NCBI GenBank assembly: GCA_003278165.1
Contig: QCGU01000002.1
Span: 2,033 to 66,032 of the forward strand
DNA length: 64,000 bases
Direction of reading: 5' to 3'
Origin: Pelagibacteraceae bacterium AG-390-A02
GTDB lineage: Bacteria > Pseudomonadota > Alphaproteobacteria > Pelagibacterales > Pelagibacteraceae
The notes beneath the pieces were generated by a model. It had not been told where the DNA came from. It did no database searches and worked only from the letters and a program-made list of their open reading frames with translations. Numbering within the stretch: position 1 is the stretch's first letter; each line of letters begins with the position of its first letter. Made by a program: the position numbers and the translations under genes. Shown piece by piece: positions 25,968-36,540 of the stretch.

Positions 25968-27699
25968 AAATTTTTTTTTTATTTTATTTATCTATCTAGT
26001 TTTTTTAAATCCTATTCATGCAGAAGAAAATCCAATCGATATTTGGAATCTTGAAAAAAAAGAAAATGAAACTGTTGAAGAAACAGTTACCTCGAAAGGT
26101 GAAAATAATAAGGATCAAATAAGTGTTTTTGATATGCAGTCAGATAAAAATGCTGGCTCTATAGAATTAGATGAAAATTTAATATCAAAAGAAGCCAAAA
26201 TCGTAGGATTATATGATCCTGAAGAACATGGTTTGACTATTGATATGTGGACGAATTCTGATGGTCAAAAGTTAAAAAGTTTGTTTGATAGTTTAGAGAA
26301 AATTAATCTTTCAAATGATGCTTTAGAAATTATGGAAGTCTCATTATTAACTAACGCTCATTATCCTAATCAAAATATTACTGAAAATGAATTTTTAAAA
26401 TTTAAATCTGATTGGTTAATCAAAAATTCTAATTTAGAACTTATCGAAGAATTTTTGATTAATAATCAAATTGTAAGCTCTCATCCTGAATTAACAAGAC
26501 ATTTATTAGATAACTATTTATCAGACGCAGATCTAAAAAAAACTTGTGAATTTTTTACAAAAATTAAAGAACCAGTTGAGGATGAATATTTATCAAAATT
26601 AAATTTATATTGTTTAGTAAATTATGGAAAAAATGAAGAAGCACAATTAATTTTAGATCTTAAAAAAGAGTTAGGTTTTCAAGATGAATATTTTGAGAAT
26701 AAAATGAATTACCTATTTGGTTATATTGAGGAGGCATCCAAAGAAATCTCAGAGGGTTCAGTATTCGAGTTTCATTTAGCACATAGGACAAATCCAGATT
26801 TTTCATTTGAACCAAATGAAAATACACCACAATTAATTTGGAAATATCTTTCAAATTCAAATTTATTACCGGACCTAAGTAATGTTGATATTAATGATCA
26901 AAACAAAATCTTAATTATTGAAAAAGCTGCAAATTATAAAATATTTTCAGAAAAAGACTTGTTTGAATATTATAAAAAATTTCAATTTAATATTGATCAA
27001 TTGTTAAGTGCAACTGATACTTATAAGTTGCTATCTCCAGTAGAAGCAAGAGCATTAATTTATCAAAGAGCACTTTTAACAAGTGAACCAGAATTAAAAT
27101 TGAAATTTTTACAGTTGTTGAAGCAGCTATTTGAGGACAATAAAATTGGATTAGCTTTTGATATAGAGCTCAATAATTTCTTGAATAAAATTGAAGTAGA
27201 TAATGTTCCTTCAGATTATTTAAGTTTCTACAATAACTATTCAAAAAATCAGAATTCAGAGTTCAAAAAAATTAAGTACAATAATAATATTTTACATCAA
27301 TCTAAGTGGGTAAATTATTTTAGAGGAGATTATTCAAAATCTGAAATACAAGAAGATTTAAAAAAATTTCTAGATAGAATAATTTTTAGTAATGAAACCT
27401 TGTCTACTAAAGATATAATTTTTATAGAAAGTCTCAAATCAGATGGAGTAGAAATACCAAGTGAGTATGACAGTTTGTATTCCAAAAAACCCTATGAACT
27501 AGATGAAAATTTAGTGGAGTTGATAAATGCAAATGAAGTTGGAACAGTTTTATTATCTTTAATTGAGATTATAGGTAATGACAAAATAGAAAATATTGAT
27601 GAAAAAAGACTTTATTTTATTTCGAATACACTCAATCAAATAAATGCTGATTTAATAAGAAATAGGATATTGCTAAAAGTTCTTCCTTTAAAAGTATAA
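25942..27699 (+). CDS. Exported hypothetical protein (acidic)
   Basis: 585 aa; signal peptide ending IHA|EE; GL...GL..DMW..S motif. Confidence 0.75.
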   Translation: MKILKLLNKNFFFILFIYLVFLNPIHAEENPIDIWNLEKKENETVEETVTSKGENNKDQISVFDMQSDKNAGSIELDENLISKEAKIVGLYDPEEHGLTIDMWTNSDGQKLKSLFDSLEKINLSNDALEIMEVSLLTNAHYPNQNITENEFLKFKSDWLIKNSNLELIEEFLINNQIVSSHPELTRHLLDNYLSDADLKKTCEFFTKIKEPVEDEYLSKLNLYCLVNYGKNEEAQLILDLKKELGFQDEYFENKMNYLFGYIEEASKEISEGSVFEFHLAHRTNPDFSFEPNENTPQLIWKYLSNSNLLPDLSNVDINDQNKILIIEKAANYKIFSEKDLFEYYKKFQFNIDQLLSATDTYKLLSPVEARALIYQRALLTSEPELKLKFLQLLKQLFEDNKIGLAFDIELNNFLNKIEVDNVPSDYLSFYNNYSKNQNSEFKKIKYNNNILHQSKWVNYFRGDYSKSEIQEDLKKFLDRIIFSNETLSTKDIIFIESLKSDGVEIPSEYDSLYSKKPYELDENLVELINANEVGTVLLSLIEIIGNDKIENIDEKRLYFISNTLNQINADLIRNRILLKVLPLKV

Positions 27700-27723
27700 A
27701 AATTATAATAACATACAAATTTT

Positions 27724-28242
27724 ATGGCTATTAGAACGATTATTACAGAACCTAATAAATTACTTCGACAAGTTTCAAAACCAGTGGAAGCTGTAGGAAG
27801 TGAAGAGCAAAAATTAATGAATGATATGCTCGATACAATGTATGATGCTAATGGTATTGGTCTTGCGGCAATTCAGATTGGTGTACCAAAAAGAATTATA
27901 GTGATGGATATAAGTAAGGATGAAAATAAAAAAGAGCCTAGATACTTTGTAAATCCAGTTATAAAAAATAAAGATCCACTCAAGGCAACCTACGAAGAAG
28001 GGTGTTTATCAGTACCAAACCAATTTGCTGAAATTGATCGACCAAGCAAATGTGAAGTAGAGTATTTAGATTACAACGGAAAGAAACAACTACTAAAGGC
28101 AGATGGATTGCTTGCAACATGCATTCAGCATGAAATGGATCATTTGGAAGGGATATTGTTTATCGATTATCTTTCAAAACTAAAAAAAACAATGATCATA
28201 AAGAAACTTTCAAAATTAAAATCCAACACAGCCGAAGTTTAA
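27724..28242 (+). CDS. def: Peptide deformylase
   Basis: GIGLAAIQIG, EGCLS, QHEMDHLEG. Confidence 0.98.
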   Translation: MAIRTIITEPNKLLRQVSKPVEAVGSEEQKLMNDMLDTMYDANGIGLAAIQIGVPKRIIVMDISKDENKKEPRYFVNPVIKNKDPLKATYEEGCLSVPNQFAEIDRPSKCEVEYLDYNGKKQLLKADGLLATCIQHEMDHLEGILFIDYLSKLKKTMIIKKLSKLKSNTAEV

Positions 28243-28245
28243 AAA

Positions 28246-29166
28246 ATGTCAAAAAAGTTAGTTTTTATGGGCACTCCCATGTTCGCTGTACCAATTTTAA
28301 AATCTTTATATCAAAATGGATATAATATTTCCTGTGTATATACACAGCCACCTCAAAAATCAAAAAGAGGACAAAAAATTAATAAGTCTCCAATACAAGG
28401 TATTTCTGAAACTTTAAATTTAGAATACAGAACACCACCAATTTTAAATAATGAAGAGGAATATAATTTTCTAAATTCTTTAAATGCCGATTTAGCAATA
28501 GTTGTTGCTTACGGACAAATCATACCTAAAAAATTTCTAAGCTTAACTAAAACAGGTTTTATAAATTTACACGCATCTTTACTGCCTAAATGGAGGGGTG
28601 CTGCACCAATTCAAAGATCTATTATGAATTTAGATCAGGAAACTGGAATAAGTATAATGAGAATTGTTGAAAAATTAGATGCAGGGCCAGTTTGTAATAA
28701 TTATAAAATTCAACTTAATGAAAATTTGAACGCGTTAGAAATTAGTGAAAAACTTTCAAATTTAGCAGCAGAAAAAATTTTAGATAATGTTGATGATATT
28801 TTAGAGAATAAAGCAAATTTTGTTGAGCAAGATCATTTGAATGCCACTTACGCTTCTAAAATTCAAAAAAATGAAGGTCAAATTAATTGGGATGAAAATG
28901 CTGAAAAAATTATTGGTAAGATAAACGGTTTATATCCATCACCAGGAGCATTTTTTAATTTTAATGGAGAAAGATATAAAATTTTAAAAGCTCAAATTGG
29001 ACGAGCTCAAGGAAATCCAGGGTCAGTATTGAGTGATAATCTTGAAATCGCTTGTGGTAATAATCAATCGATAATTGTTAAGGAAATTCAGAGACAGGGT
29101 AAAAGACCTCAAAATATTGGTGAATTTATACTAGGTTCGCAGATAAAAAAAGGCTCAAAGATATAA
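28246..29166 (+). CDS. fmt: Methionyl-tRNA formyltransferase
   Basis: FMGTP.FA, VVAYG, NLHASLLPKWRGAAPI, LDAG. Confidence 0.97.
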   Translation: MSKKLVFMGTPMFAVPILKSLYQNGYNISCVYTQPPQKSKRGQKINKSPIQGISETLNLEYRTPPILNNEEEYNFLNSLNADLAIVVAYGQIIPKKFLSLTKTGFINLHASLLPKWRGAAPIQRSIMNLDQETGISIMRIVEKLDAGPVCNNYKIQLNENLNALEISEKLSNLAAEKILDNVDDILENKANFVEQDHLNATYASKIQKNEGQINWDENAEKIIGKINGLYPSPGAFFNFNGERYKILKAQIGRAQGNPGSVLSDNLEIACGNNQSIIVKEIQRQGKRPQNIGEFILGSQIKKGSKI

Positions 29167-29907
29167 ATGTTTAGATATCAGCTTTTGATTGAATATTTGG
29201 GGACAAATTATAAAGGTTGGCAAATTCAAAAAAAAAATAAAACTATCCAAGGAATACTTCAAGACAAAATTAGAAAATTATTAAAAGAAAATATTACTAT
29301 AGTTGGATCGGGTAGAACAGATGCTGGTGTTCATGCCATAGAGCAGTCCGCACATTTTGATTTAAAAAAAAAATTGTTAAACTTAGATAAATTCATTAAC
29401 TCAATTAATCACTTTTTGAAAAATGAAAATATTGCAATTCTTAAAATAAAAAAAAGGAATAGTAATTTTCATTCAAGATTTTCTGCAAAAAAGAGAATTT
29501 ATAAATATATTATTTTAAATAGAACAAGTTCGCCGGTGATTGAAAAAAACCAAGTTTGGCATGTAAGAAAAAAATTAGATTTAGATTTAATGAAATTGGG
29601 TGCAAAAAAATTAGTTGGTACTAAAGATTTCTCAACATTTAGAGCGTCAAGTTGTAATGCAAAAAGCCCAGTTAGAACAATGGATTTTGTAAAATTAAAA
29701 TCTTCAAATGCTAAAATAGAAATTCAATTTAAATCTCAATCTTTTCTTCAACAGCAAGTGAGATCAATGGTTGGTTGTTTGAAATATTTAGGTGAAAAGA
29801 AATGGGATTTAAAAAATTTTGATAAAGCTTTAAAATCTAAAAAAAGATCAATGTGTGCTCCTCCAGCACCACCTACTGGCTTATTTTTATCTAGAATTTT
29901 TTATTAG
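29167..29907 (+). CDS. truA: tRNA pseudouridine(38-40) synthase
   Basis: GWQ.Q, GRTDAGVHA, FHSRFSA, FLQQQVRSMVG, APPTGL. Confidence 0.96.
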   Translation: MFRYQLLIEYLGTNYKGWQIQKKNKTIQGILQDKIRKLLKENITIVGSGRTDAGVHAIEQSAHFDLKKKLLNLDKFINSINHFLKNENIAILKIKKRNSNFHSRFSAKKRIYKYIILNRTSSPVIEKNQVWHVRKKLDLDLMKLGAKKLVGTKDFSTFRASSCNAKSPVRTMDFVKLKSSNAKIEIQFKSQSFLQQQVRSMVGCLKYLGEKKWDLKNFDKALKSKKRSMCAPPAPPTGLFLSRIFY

Positions 29908-30378
29908 ATTTTTTTTATTACTCATAGCAAATTTTTTATTTATCCGCCATCTAGACTCTGCTCTTACAATATACCCACAACAATTTTTTGAATCACACTT
30001 ACATGGAAATTGTTTGTAATTTTCGTCATAACCAAAACCATAATCACAAGTAAATTCTTCACCTTTTTTAATATCTCTTATTGCTTTAACCCAAATTTTA
30101 AGACCTTTGCCATCATAATCACAATTATTGTCGCAAGAATGATTAATTAATCCTGCAGTATTCCATGAAAAATCTCCATCAAGGTCATATTTTTTATTGA
30201 TAGTAAATAAATAGATTGGTTTATTATTGTCATATTTATCAGATTCTTCTGTTTGTTTTTTTGTAATTAGTTTACCAACGTAATCAATTATTTTGGTACC
30301 TTCTTTGATATCTCTAGTAGCATAAAGTCCTCTGCCTTTTTTATCGATATCAGATTTTTTAATTTTATATAATTTCAT
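29887..30378 (-). CDS. SET-domain protein-lysine methyltransferase with post-SET motif
   Basis: GRGLYA, INHSCDNNC, IKKGEEFTCDYG and post-SET CKCDSKNCCG. Confidence 0.92.
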   Translation of the reverse strand: MKLYKIKKSDIDKKGRGLYATRDIKEGTKIIDYVGKLITKKQTEESDKYDNNKPIYLFTINKKYDLDGDFSWNTAGLINHSCDNNCDYDGKGLKIWVKAIRDIKKGEEFTCDYGFGYDENYKQFPCKCDSKNCCGYIVRAESRWRINKKFAMSNKKNLIKNSR

Positions 30379-30412
30379 AAAGATTTTTTATTTAGAGTTT
30401 TCTTAGGATTTA

Positions 30413-31342
30413 TCAATTAAATTCTAAAAGAGCATCAACATGTCTTTGAGTACTATCTTGTAGTGCTTTTAAATCATATCCACCTTCTAGGATTGACACT
30501 ACATTACCTTTACAAAATGATTTTGAAATTTCTAAAGTTCTTTTTGTAATTGAATAATAATCTTCCGCATTAAGTTTTAATTGTGCTAATGGATCATCAA
30601 TATGAGCATCAAAACCTGCAGAAAACAGTATAAATTCTGGTTTAAATTCTTTTAATTTCTTTAGTACCAGTTCATAAGCATTTAAATATTCTGTAGCACT
30701 GGTTCCTGCTTCTAGTGGAATATTTAAAATATTATTAAATTTTCCAATCTCTTTTTCTGATCCTGAACCTGGATAATATGGAAATTGATGTGTAGAAATA
30801 TATAAAACTTTTTCATTATTGAAAAAAATATCTTGAGTTCCATTACCGTGATGGACATCAAAATCAATTATAGCTATTTTTTTATAACCATATTTCTCAA
30901 TTAAATAATTAGCTCCAACTGCAACATTGTTATAAATACAAAAGCCCATTGCTTTTTCTTTTTCTGCGTGATGACCTGGGGGTCTTACTGCACAAAAAGC
31001 ATTTTTAAATTCTTTTTCTTCCACACCATCAATCGCTGCTATAATTGATCCAACAGCGTCCATTGTTGCCTCTTTGCTACCAGGGGAAACAACAGTATCT
31101 CCATCTAAAAAATTAAAACCATTTTGAGGGTATGATCGATCGACATGATCAATGTATTCAGAGGAATGAGTTTTTATTAATAATGATTTTTCAAATTTTG
31201 ATGGCTTTTTCCAAATTAAATTTTTGTTATCTAATTTTTTAAAGTTATCAATAACAGCCGTAACTCTATCTATTTTTTCAGGATGTCCATCTCCTGTATT
31301 GTGATTTTTGTATGTATCTGAAGTAATTAAAGCTGTTTTCAC
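30413..31342 (-). CDS. Histone deacetylase-family Zn amidohydrolase
   Basis: HPE, RPPGHHA, GFC.YNN, DFDVHHGNG, SAGFD and EGGY motifs all intact. Confidence 0.93.
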   Translation of the reverse strand: MKTALITSDTYKNHNTGDGHPEKIDRVTAVIDNFKKLDNKNLIWKKPSKFEKSLLIKTHSSEYIDHVDRSYPQNGFNFLDGDTVVSPGSKEATMDAVGSIIAAIDGVEEKEFKNAFCAVRPPGHHAEKEKAMGFCIYNNVAVGANYLIEKYGYKKIAIIDFDVHHGNGTQDIFFNNEKVLYISTHQFPYYPGSGSEKEIGKFNNILNIPLEAGTSATEYLNAYELVLKKLKEFKPEFILFSAGFDAHIDDPLAQLKLNAEDYYSITKRTLEISKSFCKGNVVSILEGGYDLKALQDSTQRHVDALLEFN

Positions 31343-32496
31343 TTAAAATAATTCTTTAATATATTTGAATAAATTAAAGTTAATTTTTTTAAATCATTTA
31401 AAGAAACTGCTTCATCTACTTTATGCATTGTTTTTCCAACCAAACCAAATTCTAAACAAGGTGCAATCTTTCTAATAAATCTTGCGTCAGAGGTGCCTCC
31501 TGTTGTTGAGAGTTCAGGTTTAATCTTTGTGATCTTTTTAATTACATCTTGGATCATATATGTAGTCTGATTTGGTTTGGTTAAAAAAGCTTCACCAGAT
31601 ACACTATATTCAATTTTGTAATTTGATTTATTTTTATGACAGATTTTCTTTAAAATTTTATTTATTTTTGTTTTAATAGAATTTGATGAATGTTTGTTAT
31701 TGAACCTAATATTAAAAGTTGCATTAGCCAAACCCGGGATTACGTTGTCAGCTGTATTATCAATATTTATTTTTGTAACCTCTAGGTTTGTTGGTTGAAA
31801 GTTTTTTGTTCCTTTATCAAATTTAATTTCTTTTAATTCTTTTAATATTTGAACAAGAGCAGTTGATGGATTGTTAGCTCTATGAGGATAAGCAACATGA
31901 CCCTGAATACCTATAACCGAAAGTCTTCCATTCATACTTCCTCTTCGACCAATTTTGATCATTTCTCCCAATTTGTTTGGATTAGTTGGTTCTCCAACCA
32001 AACAAAAATCAATTTTCTCTTTTCTTTTTTTTAAGTATTCGACAACTTTTTTTGTACCGTTAATAGCGACTCCTTCTTCATCACCAGTAATTAGTAAGCT
32101 TATAGAGCCATTAAATTTTTTGTTATTTTTAACAAAAATACTAATGGCAGAAACAAAGGCTGCAATAGAGCTTTTCATGTCATTTGCTCCTCGTCCAATT
32201 AAATGTCCTTTTTTAATTGAGGGTCTAAAAGGATTTACAGTCCAATCTTTTAAATTTCCAGCAGGCACAACATCTAAGTGACCAGCGTAACAAAAATTTG
32301 GACCTTTAGACCCAAGTCTTGCATAAAGATTTTTAACTGGTTTAGTGTTTTTTTCTTTAAATTCTAATATTTTAGTTTTGAAACCTAATTTTTTTAATTT
32401 TTTTTCTAAAAATTTCATTACTCCAGCGTCTATTGGGGTTACAGATGGGTAACGAATTAGCTCTTTCGCTAATTGTAATTCATTAAAGGTTTGCAT
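31339..32496 (-). CDS. dapE: Succinyl-diaminopimelate desuccinylase
   Basis: AGHLDVVP, GRGANDMK, GDEEG, GRRGS, GHVAYPH, GGTSDARF. Confidence 0.96.
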   Translation of the reverse strand: MQTFNELQLAKELIRYPSVTPIDAGVMKFLEKKLKKLGFKTKILEFKEKNTKPVKNLYARLGSKGPNFCYAGHLDVVPAGNLKDWTVNPFRPSIKKGHLIGRGANDMKSSIAAFVSAISIFVKNNKKFNGSISLLITGDEEGVAINGTKKVVEYLKKRKEKIDFCLVGEPTNPNKLGEMIKIGRRGSMNGRLSVIGIQGHVAYPHRANNPSTALVQILKELKEIKFDKGTKNFQPTNLEVTKINIDNTADNVIPGLANATFNIRFNNKHSSNSIKTKINKILKKICHKNKSNYKIEYSVSGEAFLTKPNQTTYMIQDVIKKITKIKPELSTTGGTSDARFIRKIAPCLEFGLVGKTMHKVDEAVSLNDLKKLTLIYSNILKNYFK

Positions 32497-32497
32497 T

Positions 32498-33325
32498 TTA
32501 ATCTCTTAAAAGATCGTTTACTGATGTTTTGGATCTTGTTTTTTCATCTACTTGTTTGATGATTACTGCACAGTATAATGAGGGCGCTGCAGGATTATTT
32601 TTGTCTGGTAATGATCCAGGAACAACTACTGAGTAGGGAGGTATTTTACCATGAGTTACTTCACCAGTTTTTCTATTAACGATTTTAGTTGATTGGCCAA
32701 TATACATACCCATACTTAGCACTGAACCTTCACCAACTATTACACCTTCCACAACTTCTGACATAGCACCTACAAAAACATTATCTTCAATAATAGTCGG
32801 AAGTGCTTGTGCTGGTTCTAAAACTCCGCCAATACCAGTTCCAGCTGAAATATGACAATTTTTTCCAATCTGACAGCAACTACCTGCACGACTAAAAGTA
32901 TCCATCATTGTTCCTTCATCTATGTAAGCGCCAATATTTATATAACTCGGCATTAGAACTACATTTTTAGCAACATATGACCCTTTTCTCATTGCAGTAT
33001 TTGGTACCATTCTAAAACCTGCTTTTTCAAAATCAGAGTTTGACCATCCAGCTGTTTTTCCTTTTAACAAATGCGCTTTATCTCTCCAAGCTGAATAGGG
33101 GCCATCTAAAGTTTCCATACCATGGATTCTAAAACTTAGCATAATTGCTTTTTTTAGGTGTTGATGAGTTACCCATTCACCATCAATTTTTTCAGCAACT
33201 CTAGATTTACCGCTATCTAGATCCTCTATTACTTGATTAATAGTATCTTTTAATTTTTGATCTGAATTTTGATTAACTTGATCTTTATTTTCCCAAGCTT
33301 CATTTATAATATTTTCTATACTCAT
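32498..33325 (-). CDS. dapD: Tetrahydrodipicolinate N-succinyltransferase
   Basis: LMPSYINIGAY, GIGGVLEP, EVVEG, IPPYSVVVPG, CAVIIK.VD.KT.SKTS.N.LLR. Confidence 0.95.
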   Translation of the reverse strand: MSIENIINEAWENKDQVNQNSDQKLKDTINQVIEDLDSGKSRVAEKIDGEWVTHQHLKKAIMLSFRIHGMETLDGPYSAWRDKAHLLKGKTAGWSNSDFEKAGFRMVPNTAMRKGSYVAKNVVLMPSYINIGAYIDEGTMMDTFSRAGSCCQIGKNCHISAGTGIGGVLEPAQALPTIIEDNVFVGAMSEVVEGVIVGEGSVLSMGMYIGQSTKIVNRKTGEVTHGKIPPYSVVVPGSLPDKNNPAAPSLYCAVIIKQVDEKTRSKTSVNDLLRD

Positions 33326-33328
33326 AAT

Positions 33329-34000
33329 TTATTGGTTTTTTAATAACCTTATTTCTTTTAAAAATAAAGTAAGATTTTCAATTTTATAATCAATATATTC
33401 TTTATCAGATTCTTTTTTACCCCATTCCTCATCATTAATTAACCAAGCAGTAATTGTTCCTCGATCTTTACCTATCGATAAGTTTTTTGCTATATCTTCA
33501 ATGTACAAAGTTTCTTTTGGATCAATTTTGAATTTTTCTATCATTAAATCGAAAGCTTTAGCTTCTGGTTTTGGATGATATTCTGCATCTACAATATCAA
33601 ATATACCTTCAAATTGGTCATCAATTCCTAGGGTTGAAGTGATATGTTTTACATGATTTTGACTGCCGTTAGTAAAAACAAATTTTCTTAGATTTATATT
33701 CTCTAACTCATATCTTAATACTGTATCTTTTTCTAAAAAAGATAAATCAATATCATGAACAAAATCTAGAAATTCTTTAGGATCAATTTCGTGATGTATC
33801 ATTAGGCCATTTAAGCTTGTATTGTATTTGTGAAAGTAATTTGTTTGAAGCTCTTTGGCTTTTTTTAAATCTACATTAAGTTTACTTGAAATATATTCAG
33901 TCATTTTTCGGCTAACTTGACCAAATACTGCCTCTAGGTCACTATAAAGTACACCGTCGCAATCAAATAGAATATTTTTAATATTGTCTAAATTTTTCAT
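33329..34000 (-). CDS. HAD-family pyrimidine 5'-nucleotidase
   Basis: FDCDGVLY, FTNG, KP, IEDIAKNL; argB-dapD synteny. Confidence 0.88.
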   Translation of the reverse strand: MKNLDNIKNILFDCDGVLYSDLEAVFGQVSRKMTEYISSKLNVDLKKAKELQTNYFHKYNTSLNGLMIHHEIDPKEFLDFVHDIDLSFLEKDTVLRYELENINLRKFVFTNGSQNHVKHITSTLGIDDQFEGIFDIVDAEYHPKPEAKAFDLMIEKFKIDPKETLYIEDIAKNLSIGKDRGTITAWLINDEEWGKKESDKEYIDYKIENLTLFLKEIRLLKNQ

Positions 34001-34863
34001 TGTCTAATTAAAGTTCCAGATCCTTCATCTGATAAAAGTTCAAATAGAATAGAATGATTTTTTCTTCCATCTATTATAACAACTCCTTTTACCCCATTGC
34101 TAGCAACATCTAGGCAATTATTTATTTTTGGGATCATACCCCCAGTAATTGTTTCATTATCGATTAAGTCTTTTATAGAATCTGAATTAATTTCTGGAAT
34201 TAGATTTTTATTTTTATCTAAAACACCTTCTACGTCACTTAATATAATTAACCTTCTTGCGTTAATTTTTTTAGCAATATAGCCAGCTGCAGTGTCTGCA
34301 TTGACGTTATGAGTTTGATCATTTTTATCTAAACCTAAAGGTGCAATAATAGGTACTTTTTTATTTGCTATAATTTTATCTATTATTGATTGATCTACAT
34401 TTATAGGAGCGCCCACAAAACCGAGTTCTTCATTTTCTTGGACAACTGTAAAAATATTATTTTCCTTGGAATTAATACTCTGACTTTTACAATTTTGCTG
34501 ATCAAGAGCATTGATAATTTCCTTATTAAAATCAATTAATACTTCCTCTACAACTTTAATAGTTTCATCATCAGTTACCCTTAATCCCTTTATAAATTTA
34601 CTCTCTAAACCTATTTCATTAAGTTTATTGCTTATTCTCTTTCCACCTCCATGAATAATTATAGGAGTAAAACCTATTTTATTAAGTGTTGAAATATCTT
34701 GAATAAAAATATCAAAAAGATTCTGATCAATTAAAACGCTACCACCACATTTAATAACAATATATTCATCATTATATTTTTCTAAATATTTTTTTACTTC
34801 CTCAGTTGAAGGACCATCTAACGGTAGAATTGTTTTTAATTCTTCTTCTTTAATATCCAACAT
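33997..34863 (-). CDS. argB: Acetylglutamate kinase
   Basis: IKCGG, HGGG, GLRVTD, NVNADTAA, GGMIPK. Confidence 0.96.
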   Translation of the reverse strand: MLDIKEEELKTILPLDGPSTEEVKKYLEKYNDEYIVIKCGGSVLIDQNLFDIFIQDISTLNKIGFTPIIIHGGGKRISNKLNEIGLESKFIKGLRVTDDETIKVVEEVLIDFNKEIINALDQQNCKSQSINSKENNIFTVVQENEELGFVGAPINVDQSIIDKIIANKKVPIIAPLGLDKNDQTHNVNADTAAGYIAKKINARRLIILSDVEGVLDKNKNLIPEINSDSIKDLIDNETITGGMIPKINNCLDVASNGVKGVVIIDGRKNHSILFELLSDEGSGTLIRQ

Positions 34864-36539
34864 TAAGTTGTTGTTTTAACAGTGGTTCGTTTCATTATGA
34901 AAACTTGTTGTGCCATAGTTAAAATATTATTTACTGTCCAATATATTACCAACCCTGCTGGGAAAGGAGCCAAAATTATTGTTAGGAATAATGGAAAGAA
35001 CATAAATATTTTTGCTTGCATCGGATCTGTTGGAGCAGGATTTAATTTTTGTTGAACCCACATAGAAACACCCATTGCAACAGGCCATGCTCCAATGACT
35101 AAAAATGATGGTACATCATAAGGCAACAATCCAAATAGATTGAACAAAGATGTAGGGTCTCTTTCAGATAAATCTTGTATCCAGCCATAAAAAGGCATGT
35201 GTCTCATTTCAATTGTTACAAATAAAACTTTGTATAAAGCAAAGAAAACTGGAATTTGTACAAGTATTGGTAAACAACCAGACATTGGGTTTACTTTCTC
35301 TTTTTTATAAAGAGCCATCATCGCTTGTTGCAGTTTCATTTTGTCGTCTTTGTGTAGCTCTTTAAGTCTTGCCATTTCAGGCTGTAAGGCTTTCATTTTT
35401 GCCATGCTTCTAAACGAAAAATTTGCAAGTGGAAAAAATGCTAATCTTATACAAATCGTAATTGCTATAATCGCTAGGCCATAATTTCCAAGTAACTTAA
35501 AGAAATAATCTATTCCAAAAAATAATGGTTTGGTAATAAAGTATAAAAATCCCCAATCAATTGTTAAGTCAAATTTATCAATGTTTAAAGATTCAGCATA
35601 TCCATCAATTACATCAACTCTTTTTGCAGCAACAATTATTTGCAAGGTTTCCTCAATCAATGAATTCTCATTGAGTTCTAATGGCTCTGTTGAAACAAAA
35701 TTTGCTCTGAACTTATCTTTATAATCAAATGTTGTTTTAAATTCTTTTTCTCTAGGTGGAATTAGCGAAGTTACCCAGTATTTGTCTCCAATTCCTAACC
35801 ATCCTTTTTGAGCTGTTCTTGAAAACTTCTTCTCTTGTATATCATCGTAATCTTCTTCAATAAGTTCATCATCAAGTGTTGCTACTAATCCTTCATGAAG
35901 GATATAGAAGTTTGATATATCAGGCATTTCATTTCTAATGATTTGCCCATAAGTATAAAAATCATATTTTTTATCTGTAGGATTGATTACACTTTGTTTA
36001 ATTGAAAATAAATATTTATCATCCAAGGCGATCTGTTTTTCAAATGTAATACCTTGATCATTTGTCCAAGATATTTTTATAGGAGATTGATCAGTTAATT
36101 TATTATTTCCTGAAACTTTCCAAATAGAATTTGAATTTGGAATTTCAACATTTTTATCTGATGTAATAAAACCACTTTCAATTAAATAGCCATCTTTTGA
36201 ATTTCTTGGTGAAAGAAGTGTAACCTTTTCCTGTGAGTCTAGACTAACATTATATTGTTTAAAAGTTAGATCATCAATTACCCCACCTTTAAGTGAAATA
36301 GAACCAACAATACTTTCATTCTCAAAATTAATTCTTTCACTTTGATTTAAAGCTTCCTCTCTAGAAATTTCAGCAACATTTTCTTTTTGATCTAGAGAAG
36401 GTGTGTCACTGTTTTGTTCTACTTTATTTCCTTCAGCCATATTTTCTTCAGTAATTGGTGGAGGAGCAAAAAATAGTGAATACAAAACTATAACTGCTGC
36501 TGATAATGAAATTGCCGCTATTATATTTTTAGTATCCAT
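34863..36539 (-). CDS. yidC: Membrane protein insertase YidC
   Basis: IDWGFLYFITKP, NPMSGCLPILVQIPVFFALY, WIQDLS..DP, GLVIYW. Confidence 0.97.
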   Translation of the reverse strand: MDTKNIIAAISLSAAVIVLYSLFFAPPPITEENMAEGNKVEQNSDTPSLDQKENVAEISREEALNQSERINFENESIVGSISLKGGVIDDLTFKQYNVSLDSQEKVTLLSPRNSKDGYLIESGFITSDKNVEIPNSNSIWKVSGNNKLTDQSPIKISWTNDQGITFEKQIALDDKYLFSIKQSVINPTDKKYDFYTYGQIIRNEMPDISNFYILHEGLVATLDDELIEEDYDDIQEKKFSRTAQKGWLGIGDKYWVTSLIPPREKEFKTTFDYKDKFRANFVSTEPLELNENSLIEETLQIIVAAKRVDVIDGYAESLNIDKFDLTIDWGFLYFITKPLFFGIDYFFKLLGNYGLAIIAITICIRLAFFPLANFSFRSMAKMKALQPEMARLKELHKDDKMKLQQAMMALYKKEKVNPMSGCLPILVQIPVFFALYKVLFVTIEMRHMPFYGWIQDLSERDPTSLFNLFGLLPYDVPSFLVIGAWPVAMGVSMWVQQKLNPAPTDPMQAKIFMFFPLFLTIILAPFPAGLVIYWTVNNILTMAQQVFIMKRTTVKTTT

Positions 36540-36540
36540 A

